From: an uncultured candidate division Zixibacteria bacterium
GTDB lineage: Bacteria; Zixibacteria; MSB-5A5; UBA10806; 4484-95
DNA length: 44,562 nucleotides
Assembly (NCBI GenBank): GCA_963668625.2
Contig: CAXXKA010000002.1
Location: forward strand, 1-44,562
Direction: 5' to 3'
How positions within the stretch are numbered: the stretch's first letter is position 1; each line of letters starts with the position of its first letter. The position numbers were made by a program, and so were the translations under genes. Under the pieces are notes generated by a model. It had not been told where the DNA came from and made no database searches. It saw only the letters and a program-made list of their open reading frames with translations. Shown here piece after piece: positions 18,643 through 29,969 of the stretch.

Positions 18643-19332
18643 ATGGATAAAAGACTTTTGAAGAAAATAACACGCCTGGATGAGCTTCTGGCGAAACGGT
18701 ACGGGGAGAAAATCTACTCTAATATTACCGATCCGCTGACCGAGCTGGTCCTGACAGTATTATCGCAGAACACTAATGATGTTAACCGGGACAGGGCATT
18801 TTCGGCTATGAAAGAGAAGTACCCCGAATGGCAGGATGTATTAAACGCCGGGCCGTCCGATTTAGCGGAAGTTATCAAGGTTGGCGGGTTGGCCGATACT
18901 AAGTCAAGGCGTATCATTAAGATGCTAAAATCGATTGAAGATCGTCACGGTCGTCTCGATCTCGGTTTTTTTGATAGTTGGCCGGATGATGAGATCAGTG
19001 ACTATCTGCTTAATATCGATGGCGTGGGACCGAAAACGGTCGCCTGCGTTCTGGCTTTCGCGCTAGGTCGGGATGTCATGCCGGTGGATACTCACGTTCA
19101 CCGTGTCTCGAAACGTCTGGGGCTTATCCCTGAAAGTATGAATGCCGAGAAAGCACATGGATTTTTCAAAGAATTTAAAGGCACTGTCAGCTTGTACCAA
19201 TTTCACTTGAATTTAATTGCTCATGGCCGTACCCTGTGTAAAGCAAGGAAACCGCTTTGTAGCGAATGTGCATTAAAGCGCTTGTGTAAGTATTATGCTG
19301 TAAATGTCAAAAACAAAGGACAAGCGGCTTGA
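18643..19332 (+). CDS. nth: Endonuclease III-family HhH-GPD DNA glycosylase with [4Fe-4S] cluster
   Basis: LSQNTND, LLNIDGVGPKT, PVDTHVHR, C-x6-C-x2-C-x5-C. Confidence 0.85.
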   Translation: MDKRLLKKITRLDELLAKRYGEKIYSNITDPLTELVLTVLSQNTNDVNRDRAFSAMKEKYPEWQDVLNAGPSDLAEVIKVGGLADTKSRRIIKMLKSIEDRHGRLDLGFFDSWPDDEISDYLLNIDGVGPKTVACVLAFALGRDVMPVDTHVHRVSKRLGLIPESMNAEKAHGFFKEFKGTVSLYQFHLNLIAHGRTLCKARKPLCSECALKRLCKYYAVNVKNKGQAA

Positions 19333-20294
19333 TTAGAACATTGCATTATAACCCTCAGGCTGGCAGTACGATGCATGAGGGGATTCTCGAGTTCGAGGAT
19401 ATCTTAAAGGATATAGAGAGCACATTCTGGATCGATTTTGACGACCCGACCGAAGATGAGTCATATATATTATATTCTGATTTCAAGTTTCATCCCCTGA
19501 TTATCGAGGATACCCTGGAATCATCCAATCCCAAACTCGATGTTTTCAAAGAGTACTTGTATATGGTATTCCATACTACGGATTACATAAAACAGGGGGA
19601 ATTGGTCTCGCGAGAAATCGATTTTTTCCTGGGCAAGAATTATGTCGTGACATATCACAAGAAATCATTTCCGGTTTTGGAGATGCTTGCCAACAGGTGC
19701 TCCCGGGATGACAGGATACTATCGCGCGGTGCGGACTTCCTGTTTCATACCATAGTCGATAATCTCGTGGATGAGTATAATAAAACGTTAAAACTGGTCG
19801 CCGGTACCATCGATAAATTCGAAACCGAGATATTCAGCGGTGATCCCGATAAAGAGCTTCTGAGGAGCATTTTCGAGCTGAAAGAGGATATCGCCGAGTT
19901 AAAACGTAACGCCCTGGCACAGAGAGATATCATGTGGCGTTTCTCACGCGGTGAATATAAGCTTACTAGACCCGAATCGTTTATCTATTTTCGGGATATT
20001 CACGATCATCTCTCACATGTGAACGATAAAGCCGATCATTTCAGGGATCTTCTGACTAATGTTATGGAGGCTTATTTCTCGATCAGCTCCGATAAAACCA
20101 ACCGGATAATGAAAACCCTGACAGTGTTTACGGCGATACTTTTACCGCTTTCGGTTATCGCCAGTATTTACGGTATGAATTTCAAGCACATGCCGGAGCT
20201 GGATTGGGATTTCGGGTACTATTTCGCTTTAATTTTGATGTTTGCCGTAGTGGGAATGACATTGTTGTTTTTCAAAATAAAAGATTGGCTGTAG
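19329..20294 (+). CDS. corA: Magnesium/cobalt transporter CorA
   Basis: FHPLIIED, MKTLT, YGMNFKHMPEL, two C-terminal TM helices. Confidence 0.93.
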   Translation: MIRTLHYNPQAGSTMHEGILEFEDILKDIESTFWIDFDDPTEDESYILYSDFKFHPLIIEDTLESSNPKLDVFKEYLYMVFHTTDYIKQGELVSREIDFFLGKNYVVTYHKKSFPVLEMLANRCSRDDRILSRGADFLFHTIVDNLVDEYNKTLKLVAGTIDKFETEIFSGDPDKELLRSIFELKEDIAELKRNALAQRDIMWRFSRGEYKLTRPESFIYFRDIHDHLSHVNDKADHFRDLLTNVMEAYFSISSDKTNRIMKTLTVFTAILLPLSVIASIYGMNFKHMPELDWDFGYYFALILMFAVVGMTLLFFKIKDWL

Positions 20295-20337
20295 AGAATA
20301 TTTATGTCAATTTTAAGATAAAGGCCTCGGAGGATTA

Positions 20338-20805
20338 ATGGATAATATCAATGTAATAAGAATCGGTTTTATGACACCCCGGATAAAAATAGCGGATAGC
20401 GAAGGCGAGATAGGAGACCCGATAGATCGTAGCGGTGAACGATATACCTGCCTGGCGTTCGTCAATCCTGATGCTGCCAGCCTGAACCTGATCAATATGC
20501 TCGAATCCGGATTACCCAAATCATCGACAGGATACGAGATTGGCTTATCTCTGGTTATTCCATGTAAGTCCAAGATCGGCAAAACGTTCAAGGCCGACAG
20601 CAATTTTCAGACCCGGCTGTTTTGCGATTACGAACTGCGTCTCGGAAAATCATTCAGCGTCATAGACTCAGCCAAAGCCAAACCCACTTTTCATCCGGTA
20701 ATTTTTATAGTAGGCGAGGATGGTTCGGTGAGATACCGTCAACTATATGAGTCGGTTTCATTTAACGCTGATGATTTTCGTATTGCTTTGAGTCAATTGA
20801 TATAG
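20338..20805 (+). CDS. AhpC/TSA (redoxin)-fold protein lacking the canonical peroxidatic motif
   Basis: IG..TP.I...DSEG, RLFCD, VIFIVGEDGSVRY follow the peroxiredoxin fold; PxxxTxxC is absent. Confidence 0.55.
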   Translation: MDNINVIRIGFMTPRIKIADSEGEIGDPIDRSGERYTCLAFVNPDAASLNLINMLESGLPKSSTGYEIGLSLVIPCKSKIGKTFKADSNFQTRLFCDYELRLGKSFSVIDSAKAKPTFHPVIFIVGEDGSVRYRQLYESVSFNADDFRIALSQLI

Positions 20806-20838
20806 TTTATCGACAGCCGATTTAATACATAAATCTAA

Positions 20839-20864
20839 TGAAACAATTTTGGCCGTAATGCGTT
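20839..20864 (+). promoter_or_regulatory. Candidate ECF (SigW-like) promoter for the efflux-bsh operon
   Basis: TGAAAC-N16-CGTT, 33 nt before GTG 20898. Confidence 0.45.
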
Positions 20865-20897
20865 CATCTCATAATGTAGATTTGTTAAGAGTGAGAG

Positions 20898-22232
20898 GTG
20901 AAATTGATTAAAGTAATGACAGCAATTGTTTTCTTGCTGACAATAAGTCTCCCCATTTACGCGGGTATGCCATTAACAGTCGATGAGGCCACGAACCTGG
21001 CTTTGCAAAATAATGAATCATACTTAAGCGCCAAAGAGGAGTTGATTAAAGCAAAAAATCAGGTTTACGAGGTACGCGCCTCGGCTTTCCCGCAGTTGAA
21101 CGCCGGTGTTTCATACATCCGCAACTGGGAGCTGCCGACAATGTCGATTGATTTCGGTGATGAGCAGCAAGAGCTAAAGATGGGGACAGATCATAGCTGG
21201 ACCTCGGAGTTGACGTTAACCCAACCGTTATATAACGGTGGTTCGGTGTTTGCCGCCTGGGGCATAGCCAAGCTATATAGAAAATACTCGGAGTTTTTAC
21301 TCGAGTCGCAAAAACGTGAGTTAAAATTACGCGTCATCGAATCGTATTATAGTGTCGTGATGACCAACGAGTTGGAACGTGTGGCTGCTCAAGCGGTCGA
21401 ACTGGCCGAGGATAATCTCGATATAGTAAAGAAAATGAACGTCCAGGGATTGATATCCGATTACGAGGTGCTTATGGCCGAGGTCAGGCTGGCGAACCTG
21501 AAACCGGCATTGATAAAGGCCAAATCCGATACCAAGATTACCAAGCAAGCTCTTAACAGCCTGATTGGATTGGATCTCAACGAGCAGGTCGATGTTATCT
21601 GGCATATGGATAGCACTGAGTACTTCATACCTGAATACGATCTCGATTCGCTGAAACACTACGCCGTCGAAAACAGACCGGAATTGAATATGATCGATCT
21701 GGAAGCTAAGATGCGTAAAAAAAATATCACTGTCGCCAGCGCCGGATATCGTCCCAAGCTGAATTTCCTGACTACGCTTCAGTACCAGGCGCAATTCGAC
21801 GATAACAAATGGCCCGGTAGGAGCGATTGGATAAGAAGTTATTATTCGGGGATTACTCTCGATATACCGATATTCGATTCATGGCGTACGCCCTCGAAAG
21901 TGAAACAGGCGAAAATCGAATACAAGCAGGCTCAACTGAACAAGCAGGAACTCGAGGATAACCTGACGTTGGATATCGAGCAAAGCTGGTGGAACTACCA
22001 GGCCGCCCGCGAGAATTTCGCCACTCAGGGACAATCGGTGGAGATGGCCCGCAGGGGACTGGACATCGCTCGGGTCAGATTCCAAAACGGCGTGAGTACG
22101 CAGCTCGAGTTATTCGAGGCCGAGGTCGCGCTATCGACAGCGGAAAACTACCGCATTATAGCTTTCTACGATCTCGTCGTAGGCTACGCCTCGTTAATGA
22201 AAGCAATCGGTGAAGATAGATTATTAAGATAG
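20898..22232 (+). CDS. TolC-family outer-membrane efflux channel
   Basis: Signal peptide; LTVDEA..LALQNN, LTQPLYNGG, NRPEL, LDIPIFD, RFQNG.STQLEL. Confidence 0.9.
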   Translation: MKLIKVMTAIVFLLTISLPIYAGMPLTVDEATNLALQNNESYLSAKEELIKAKNQVYEVRASAFPQLNAGVSYIRNWELPTMSIDFGDEQQELKMGTDHSWTSELTLTQPLYNGGSVFAAWGIAKLYRKYSEFLLESQKRELKLRVIESYYSVVMTNELERVAAQAVELAEDNLDIVKKMNVQGLISDYEVLMAEVRLANLKPALIKAKSDTKITKQALNSLIGLDLNEQVDVIWHMDSTEYFIPEYDLDSLKHYAVENRPELNMIDLEAKMRKKNITVASAGYRPKLNFLTTLQYQAQFDDNKWPGRSDWIRSYYSGITLDIPIFDSWRTPSKVKQAKIEYKQAQLNKQELEDNLTLDIEQSWWNYQAARENFATQGQSVEMARRGLDIARVRFQNGVSTQLELFEAEVALSTAENYRIIAFYDLVVGYASLMKAIGEDRLLR

Positions 22233-22243
22233 ATGGAGAGTGT

Positions 22244-23266
22244 ATGAAATTGATAAATAGAATAGTACTGGGAATTCTGGCCATGATACTCATTTCGGGT
22301 TGCAGCCAGACAGAGGAGAAAAGCATCACTGTTCAAAAAATCGCGGTGGAGGTCGAGCCTATCACTCGCGGTGATATAACTGTCACGAAAACCTATTCAG
22401 GCACTCTCGAGGGGGCACGTCAGTCGAAAGTGTGGGCCGCGATATCCGACAGGGTAGTCAGCATACCGACATCCGAAGGCAACTTCGTTAAAGCGGGTGA
22501 GCCTATCGTGATACTCGATAAAGGCGGCGCCGCCTCGCAGTACAACCAGACCCGGGCGGTGTATATGAATGCCGAGGATAATTACGACAAGATGAGCAAC
22601 CTGTACGAGCAGCGGGCAATCTCGGAGTACGATTACAAATCGGCCAGGACACAATACGAGGTAGCCAAAGCGAATTTCCAGGCCGCTAAGGCAGCTGTAG
22701 AGTTATCGGTACCCATTGACGGCATAGTAACCGATATAGCGGTGAATGTCGGCGACCGCGCTCCTATGGGTATTCCCATAGCTACGGTAGCCAATACCAA
22801 GCGTATGAGGCTTACGGTATATGTCATTACCGATGTCATGGAGAAACTCGAGGTCGGGCAGAAAGCCCAGGTCTTCATCGACTCATCGAAGCCGATCGAA
22901 GCGAAAATAATAGAGGTATCGAAATCCGCCGATCCGGAAACTCGCCTGTTCAGGGTTGAGCTGGAGATGGATAATACCGGCGGGACATTAAAACCAGGCA
23001 TGTTCGCCAAAGCCAAAGTCGTTATCCAGGAATTGGTTGATGTTCCGGTGATTAGCCGTCGCGCCGTGTTTACCGAGGAGGGTATCCCAAAAGCATATCT
23101 CATTAAAAACGATTCCGCTTTCGTGCAGACCGTAGAGATAGGCGCAACTAACGGTGAAATTTTTCAATTGCTTTCGGGACTCGAACAGGGGCAGCAGGTA
23201 GTAGTAGTAGGTAAAAGCGCTCTTAGAAATAAAGCGCCTGTAATAATAGCTGACAACGAGGAGTAA
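22244..23266 (+). CDS. RND periplasmic adaptor (AcrA-like lipoprotein)
   Basis: Lipobox ISG-C; EGNFVKAG, PIDGIV, DPETR, LKPGMFA. Confidence 0.9.
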   Translation: MKLINRIVLGILAMILISGCSQTEEKSITVQKIAVEVEPITRGDITVTKTYSGTLEGARQSKVWAAISDRVVSIPTSEGNFVKAGEPIVILDKGGAASQYNQTRAVYMNAEDNYDKMSNLYEQRAISEYDYKSARTQYEVAKANFQAAKAAVELSVPIDGIVTDIAVNVGDRAPMGIPIATVANTKRMRLTVYVITDVMEKLEVGQKAQVFIDSSKPIEAKIIEVSKSADPETRLFRVELEMDNTGGTLKPGMFAKAKVVIQELVDVPVISRRAVFTEEGIPKAYLIKNDSAFVQTVEIGATNGEIFQLLSGLEQGQQVVVVGKSALRNKAPVIIADNEE

Positions 23267-23270
23267 GCGC

Positions 23271-26200
23271 ATGTATTTAGCTGATACCTCAATTAAAAGA
23301 CCGGTATTTACGGTTATGATCATGCTGGCTATGATCGTTTTGGGTTTAACATCGTTTTCCCAGATGAGCACCGAGCTGTTCCCAAACGTAGATTTTCCGT
23401 TCGTATTCATCCAGACAGTTTACACCGGCGCCAGTCCGGAGGCTGTCGAAACGGATGTCACAAAGAAAATCGAGGACCAGGTTAACACGGTCGCCGGCAT
23501 CAGGCGAATTTTTTCGTTTTCACGAGAGAATGTTTCGCTGGTGTTTATCGAATTCAAACTCGATATCGATCCCGATATCGCCGCCCAGGATGTTCGTGAT
23601 AAGGTTTCGGGGATATTAGCCGATTTACCGACTGATGTTGAAACGCCCGTCATCCAAAAATATGAGTTTGGCGCCGCTCCGGTTATAAGACTGTCGATTT
23701 CCGGCGATAGATCGTTAAAAGAACTTACCGGTTTCGCAAAGAATTTCCTTAAAAAGCGTCTCGAGACCTCCGATGGCGTCGGTTCGGTTGAAATCGTCGG
23801 TGGCGCCGAGAGAGAAATACAGGTACTTCTGGATCTCGATAAAATCAACGCTATGGGTATTGTCCCTGACCAGATTGCCGCTGCCATCAAATCCTCCAAC
23901 CTGGATGTGCCCGGTGGCAAACTGATGCGGGGTAGTAATGATATATCGGTGCGTGTGCTCGGCCGTGCCCCTACCGTAAATGATCTGGCGAAGATCATTG
24001 TTCACAACGAGGAAGGCAAGGTTATTCGCCTCGGAGATATCGCCGAGGTTACGGATGGTATCAAAGAGCCTGAAAGTTTATCCCGCTATAACGGCAAGGA
24101 AAACGTTTCATTGTCTTTGATCAGGCAAACGGGCGCTAATATCGTCGATGTTACGGATGGCATATTGAAAAAATTGGATGACTTGCGAGATGAGATACCA
24201 TCGGGAATCAACGTTATTGTTGCTTTCGATGAATCAACGTTTATTCGTAACTCAATTCATCACGTAATTTTTGATTTGATTTACGGCAGCATACTCGCGG
24301 TTCTGGTTATCTTTTTGTTTCTTGCCGATATTCGTTCTACCATTATCGCGGGTCTGGCAATTCCTTCATCGATTATCGGTACGTTCTTCATTATCAAGTT
24401 CCTTGGCTTTACTATCAATATGATGACCCTTCTGGGGCTATCGCTGGCAGTAGGATTATTAATCGATGATGCTATCGTGGTTATCGAAAACATTTACCGT
24501 CACCTTGACGAGGGCAAACCACCCTTGAAAGCCGCCAGCGAGGCAACCGGCGAGATCGGTCTGGCTGTCATGGCGGCAACGTTTACTATTGTAGTGGTGT
24601 TTTTGCCGGTGGCGTTCATGGAGGGGATCATCGGTCGTTTCTTCTACCAGTTCGGTATCACCGTAGCCAGCTCGGTAGCGATCTCCCTGTTCGTAGCGTT
24701 TACCTTAACTCCTATGCTTTCAGGGCGATTCCTCAAGAAGGAAGAGGGTTTAAAGCCGAATAAACCGGGCCTGATATATCTACCGATAAATATCATCAAG
24801 TCGATTCTCCGTGGCTGGAACCGCTTCTTCAACGGCCTAAACGATAGATATAGAAATATTTTGAACTGGGCGATTCATCACAGGTTTATAACGCTGGCTA
24901 TTGCTACAGTGACATTTGTTGCCTCGTTGATGGTTGGTGGGCTGCTCGGTAGCGAATTTTTCCCGGCTGCCGATAGAGCTGAATTCTACGTAGCTTTTAA
25001 AGCCGGTCCAGATGCCTCCTTAGAACGCGCCGGTGATTTGGCGAAAATTATCGAACAAAAAGTAGGCGAATATCCTGAGGTGGTTTTTACCTTGACTCGT
25101 GTCGGTGGTGAGAACACGCCTGTTAATGAGGGGCAGGTGTACGTAAGGCTTCTTCCTCTGGCTGAACGCGAGGTAGGCGCCTCCGAGATCGTTGCGCGTG
25201 CCAGAAAAGATTTAGAGGGCATCGCCGGTTTATCTATTCAGATTTTGCCGGAACTGGATGACGGCGGTAGCGCCACGCAGGTCGAATTCTCCGTTCGCGG
25301 CCCAGATTTGGAAGAGGTGAAAAATATCGCGGAGCAAGCGGAAGAAATAATGAGAGCCGCTCCGGGCGCTCGTGATGTTGAAAATAGCGAAAAACTGGCC
25401 AAGCCCGAGGTTCAGATTCATGTTAATCGCGATCTGGCAAGTGATCTTGGCGTTTCAATCAGCTCTTTGGCTTCGAATGTCAGGAACTTAATAGATGGAG
25501 AAGTCGTTTCCCGTTTTAAAGATAAAGATGAGGAATACGATATCAGGGTGCAATTAGCGCCCCAATTCCGAGATCGTTTGGAGGATATCGAGTCAATCAA
25601 GATACTTTCCGACAAGAAGGTATACGATGAGGACTATCTTGTTGAACTCGGCAATGTGGCATCATTGAAATTGGACTCCAGCCCGACCCAGGTAAGGCGG
25701 TATAACCGTCAGAAAGAGATTACGATAGGCTGTAACCTTGATGAAGGTTTCGTGACAAGCGATGTGACTAATTACATGTACGAACATATTCCCGAAATCA
25801 ATGTCCCTGCTGGATACGAAATTGCCGTGTCGGGCATGGCGGAGTTTATGGAAGAGTCATTCAAGAATATCTTCATGGCCTTGTTTCTCTCGATCATATT
25901 CATCTACCTGCTCCTGGCATCCCAGTTCGAATCGTTCATCGACCCGTTGTCTATTATGTTATCTCTACCTCTGGCGATCGTAGGTGCGTTGATTACGTTA
26001 TATGTCTGGAATGCCACCCTCAACATGATGTCTTTGATCGGAATCGTTATGCTTATGGGACTGGTAACCAAGAATGCGATTTTACTTATCGACTATACCA
26101 AGCAATTGCGCCGGAAGGTATGGACCGTACATCGGCCATCCTCAAAGCCGGGCCGGTCAGGTTGAGGCCTATCTTGATGACCGCGCTGGCGACTATTTTC

Positions 26201-26425
26201 GGTATGCTGCCGATCGCACTTGCGCTGGGTACGGGAACGGAGTTCAAATCACCGATGGCTCGTGCTGCAATTGGTGGATTTTTAACCTCCACCGTGCTTA
26301 CACTGGTTGTCGTTCCGGTTATCTATACAATCTTCGATGATATCGTTGTCCGAGTCACAGGTAAGGAAACCGTTAAAGCGGAGGCGATACCCGTTGCAAG
26401 TACTGGAAGCGAAAAATCGATTTGA
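23271..26425 (+). CDS. RND efflux permease (AcrB/MdtC-like), split by a 1-nt deletion near 26112-26119
   Basis: SIKRPV, GLLIDDAIVVIENI, KNAILLID in ORF 23271-26165; RLRPILMT and the last helices in ORF 26120-26425. Adding one G to CGCCGG(G)AAGGTATG joins them. Confidence 0.9.
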
Positions 26426-26429
26426 TCGG

Positions 26430-28053
26430 ATGACTAGTTATACCGTAGATTTTGAGAAATTCATGAATCCGACAAAACTATTCTCGGACTACATCCGGGG
26501 TAGTATGTCGGATTTTTATCGTTATGATTTTACCGATAATAAATCCCTGTATGAGGTATCTCGGGCTCTGGATAGCTCTAACTACGACAGGCAGGCGATT
26601 TACGAGGCCATTCTCGAGCCCAACCGTAAACTTGGAGCTACGAGTACAACGCTTGCGAATATCGAATTACTCAGGACGTCCCGAAACTTTCTGCGTGTTC
26701 GCCGGGCAGCAAACCTCGTTTTGCGCTAACCCGATGTATATCATCTATAAGGCGCTAAATGCAGTAAAGCTGGCGCAGAGATACGGCGAAATCTTGAGCA
26801 GGCCGGTGGTACCCTGTTTCTGGATGGCAACCGATGATCACGATTTCGAGGAGGTTAGAAGCGCCAACTTCCTGCTGCGTTCGGGAGAAACTCGAAAAGT
26901 TACTTACGATCCGGCCGGTGATCCTACGGGTCATCCGATTGCCGATATCGTGCTAGATAGCGGCGTAAACGATTTTTGCAGTACCGTAAGCGAAAATTTG
27001 ATCGATACGGAATTCAAGAAACCGTTGTTGGATAAGTTCAAAGAATTTTATGCCGAGGGTAATAAACTCTCGGAAGCTTTCGCGAAAGTGCTAAATACGT
27101 TCCTGGGAAACTGGGGTATTGTTTTAATCGATCCCAATTTCCCCGGTTTGAAATCGCTGTATAAAGATATCTTCGTCAGGGAGATCGAGGATCATGATAA
27201 GACTTTTAATCTTTATCAAATCAGGAGCGGAGAGTTAACTGACAAAGGTTATCATGCTCAGGTGCATAAGTCTGCCGATAACCTGAATATCTTCTACCAG
27301 AATCCGCTGAGAGTGAATGTTACTATTGATGGCGAAGGCTACCGGATCGAGGGAGCGGAAGATGGTTTTACTCAGAAAACACTGTTAAAGGAAGCCGCCG
27401 ATCACCCCGAGCTTTTCTCCACCAACGTTCTTCTACGACCGATAGCCCAGTGCAAGGCATTTCCCACGCTGGCGCATATCGTAGGGCCGTCCGAGCTGGC
27501 GTATTTCGCCCAGATAGAGCCGTTGTATTCACATTTCGAGGTGCCATTCCCCATAGCGATTCCGCGAGCCGGAATGACTATTATCGAGCCGCATATCAGA
27601 AAGATTCTGAATAAATACGATCTTGATTTGCTCTCATTGAAAAACGAATTGGAACCGACAATCGGCAGGGTAGTAGAAAGACTGTTTCCCTCCGAGGCGG
27701 CCAAGGATGTGTTTTCGATGAATGATTGTATGAAAAAAGATTTGGATGAGTTAGCTGATCAATTGAAAGAAGCTGATCCGGAGGGGCAAAGGCATGTCAA
27801 GAATTTCAAGAAACATATCGATTTCGAGCTGAAATCTCTACGCAAGAAACTGAAAGCCTCCAATAAGAAACGTCACGAGGAACTGACCGGCCAGATAAGG
27901 CGGGCGCACGCGTTTCTTTTCCCGAACAACGGCCTCCAGGAGCGGATAATTTCGCCCTTGTACTATGCTAATAAATTCGGCCCGGAGATATTCGAGGCGA
28001 TCTATGAATCGCTTGTTACCGATAAACCCGCGCATACGATTTTAGAATTATGA
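26430..28053 (+). CDS. bshC: Bacillithiol biosynthesis protein BshC, with a +1 frameshift near 26673
   Basis: The N-terminus MTSYTVDF...TLANIELL (ATG 26430) is in one frame; AGQQ, YKAL, FWMATDDHDFEE, NVLLRP, GPSELAYFAQ, LQER are in the next. Overlaps the bshA start. Confidence 0.88.
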
Positions 28054-29171
28054 AAATCGCGATAATATGTTATCCGGTTAAAGGCGGCTCGGGAGTCGTG
28101 GCATCGGAACTGGGGATCGGGCTTTCTCGCAAAGGCTGCGAGGTTCATTTCTTCTCTTATGAACTTCCGTTCAGGTTGACCACTTACGAATCGAATTTCA
28201 TCTTTCACGAGGTAGATATCTCGCAGTACCCGTTGTTCAAATATCCGCCGTATACCATAACGCTGGCCGCCAAGCTCATCGATGAGTCACTCAATCACAG
28301 GTTCGATATCATTCACGCCCACTATGCCATACCGCATGCGGCCGCTGCATACCTGGCGGCACGATCGTTGAAAGAACAGGCGCCTAAAATCGTCACGACT
28401 CTTCACGGCACCGATATCACGTTAATAGGACAGGATAAGTCGTTTTACTCGATCACGAAATTTTCGATCGAGTCCTCTGATGGTGTCACGGCTATTTCCG
28501 ATTATTTGAGCGAAGAAACGAGAACTGCTTTCGATACCGATAAACATATCGAGGTAATTCCCAATTTCGTCGATACCGACAGGTTCAACCCCGGCGAAAA
28601 CGAATGCAGCCGTAACATGTTCGCCAATCCCGATCAGAAAATCATCATGCATATGTCCAATTATCGACCGGTAAAAAACGCCACTCACGTCGTTAAGATA
28701 TTCGATATCATACAGAAGAAGATTCCCTCCAAGTTGATTCTCGTAGGGGATGGCCCGGACACGGGCAACGTGATGAACCTGGTGCGCGACCTTGGCCTTT
28801 CCGACAGAGTGATATTTTTAGGCAATCAGGATCGAGTTCATAATATATTGCCGCTGGCAGATCTATTCCTGCTGCCCTCGGGAAACGAGTCATTCGGGCT
28901 GGCGGCGTTGGAGGCCCTGAGTTGCGGCGTGCCCGTGGTCGCGAGTATCGTAGGCGGCGTGCCCGAACTGGTCAAATCCGATCTTAACGGCTACCTCGCT
29001 CCCATCGGTGATATCGAGGCGATGGCGGATTACTCTTTAAAAATCTTAAGTGATGATAAATTGCACGAGAGGCTATCGATCAGCGCTCGTCAAAATGTTT
29101 TAGAAAATTATAAGATTGACGAAGTTTTAAATAAGTATATGGCGTTTTACGAGAAGGTTCTAAATGGCTGA
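28050..29171 (+). CDS. bshA: N-acetyl-glucosaminyl L-malate synthase BshA
   Basis: CYP..GGSGVVASELG, YPLFKYPPY, HAHYAIPH, TTLHGTDIT, ESFGLAALEA. Confidence 0.95.
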   Translation: MKIAIICYPVKGGSGVVASELGIGLSRKGCEVHFFSYELPFRLTTYESNFIFHEVDISQYPLFKYPPYTITLAAKLIDESLNHRFDIIHAHYAIPHAAAAYLAARSLKEQAPKIVTTLHGTDITLIGQDKSFYSITKFSIESSDGVTAISDYLSEETRTAFDTDKHIEVIPNFVDTDRFNPGENECSRNMFANPDQKIIMHMSNYRPVKNATHVVKIFDIIQKKIPSKLILVGDGPDTGNVMNLVRDLGLSDRVIFLGNQDRVHNILPLADLFLLPSGNESFGLAALEALSCGVPVVASIVGGVPELVKSDLNGYLAPIGDIEAMADYSLKILSDDKLHERLSISARQNVLENYKIDEVLNKYMAFYEKVLNG

Positions 29172-29886
29172 TTTCACCAAACTGGATATGCTGGTTATTT
29201 CGGCTCACCGTGATGACACCGAGATCGTATCCGGCGGCACCGTCATCAGGATGGTGGAACGAGGATACGAGGTCGGTTTGCTCGATCTTACCGCCGGCGA
29301 ATCAGGCAGCAGAGGGGATGCCGGATCGCGTGCGGATGAGGCGGAGTGCGCGGCAAAGGTGATGGGAGTTGATTTTCGCCTCAATCTTGAAATGCCCGAT
29401 GCCGGGTTGTTTTTAACTCAGGCTAACGCTCTGGCGGTCGCCGATATAATCAGGCGCACCACGCCCGAGATCGTCATTATACCCTGGGGTAATCAACGTC
29501 ACCCCGACCACACGACAACCGGTGAGATAGCTTATCGGGGATGTTTCCTCTCCGGGCTTTCCAAGATGCCGCTCGAGGGAGAGCCGTTTCGACCTCGCAA
29601 GATATTTTATTCCAGCAGTTACCAGGAGGTCAAACCAACCTTTATCGTCGATATAAGCGATCAATTCGAGCGAAAGTGTGAGGCCGTTGCCTGCTACAAA
29701 AGCCAGTTCGAGGAGATGGAAGGCAAACGCGAGGTCTATCCTCCGGCGCGCAATATTTTCGATTTCATGGAGATCCAGAACAGGCGTTACGGTTACATGG
29801 CCGGCGTAAAATACGGCGAGGCTTTCATTCAGAAAGAGACACTCACCGTGGATAACCCGTTTACGATTCCGGGAAAATCTATTTAG
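29164..29886 (+). CDS. bshB1: Bacillithiol biosynthesis deacetylase BshB1 (PIG-L family)
   Basis: AHRDD.E, DLTAGE.GSRG, RHPDH, YKSQF, GVKYGEAF; follows bshA. Confidence 0.88.
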   Translation: MADFTKLDMLVISAHRDDTEIVSGGTVIRMVERGYEVGLLDLTAGESGSRGDAGSRADEAECAAKVMGVDFRLNLEMPDAGLFLTQANALAVADIIRRTTPEIVIIPWGNQRHPDHTTTGEIAYRGCFLSGLSKMPLEGEPFRPRKIFYSSSYQEVKPTFIVDISDQFERKCEAVACYKSQFEEMEGKREVYPPARNIFDFMEIQNRRYGYMAGVKYGEAFIQKETLTVDNPFTIPGKSI

Positions 29887-29907
29887 TTATTTCTATCCCT
29901 AATTTTA

Positions 29908-29936
29908 TTGACATTCGATTTTGTAATAACTATAAA
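29908..29936 (+). promoter_or_regulatory. Near-consensus sigma-70 promoter of the OLD-like gene
   Basis: TTGACA-N17-TATAAA. Confidence 0.55.
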
Positions 29937-29969
29937 AGTATTAGTATAACTTGAAAATAGGGACCTGAA

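Noticed and set aside
26105-26685. Programmed ribosomal frameshifting in RND or bshC
   Set aside because: No slippery heptamer or stimulatory structure seen, no precedent known to me in these families, and other indels occur in the window.
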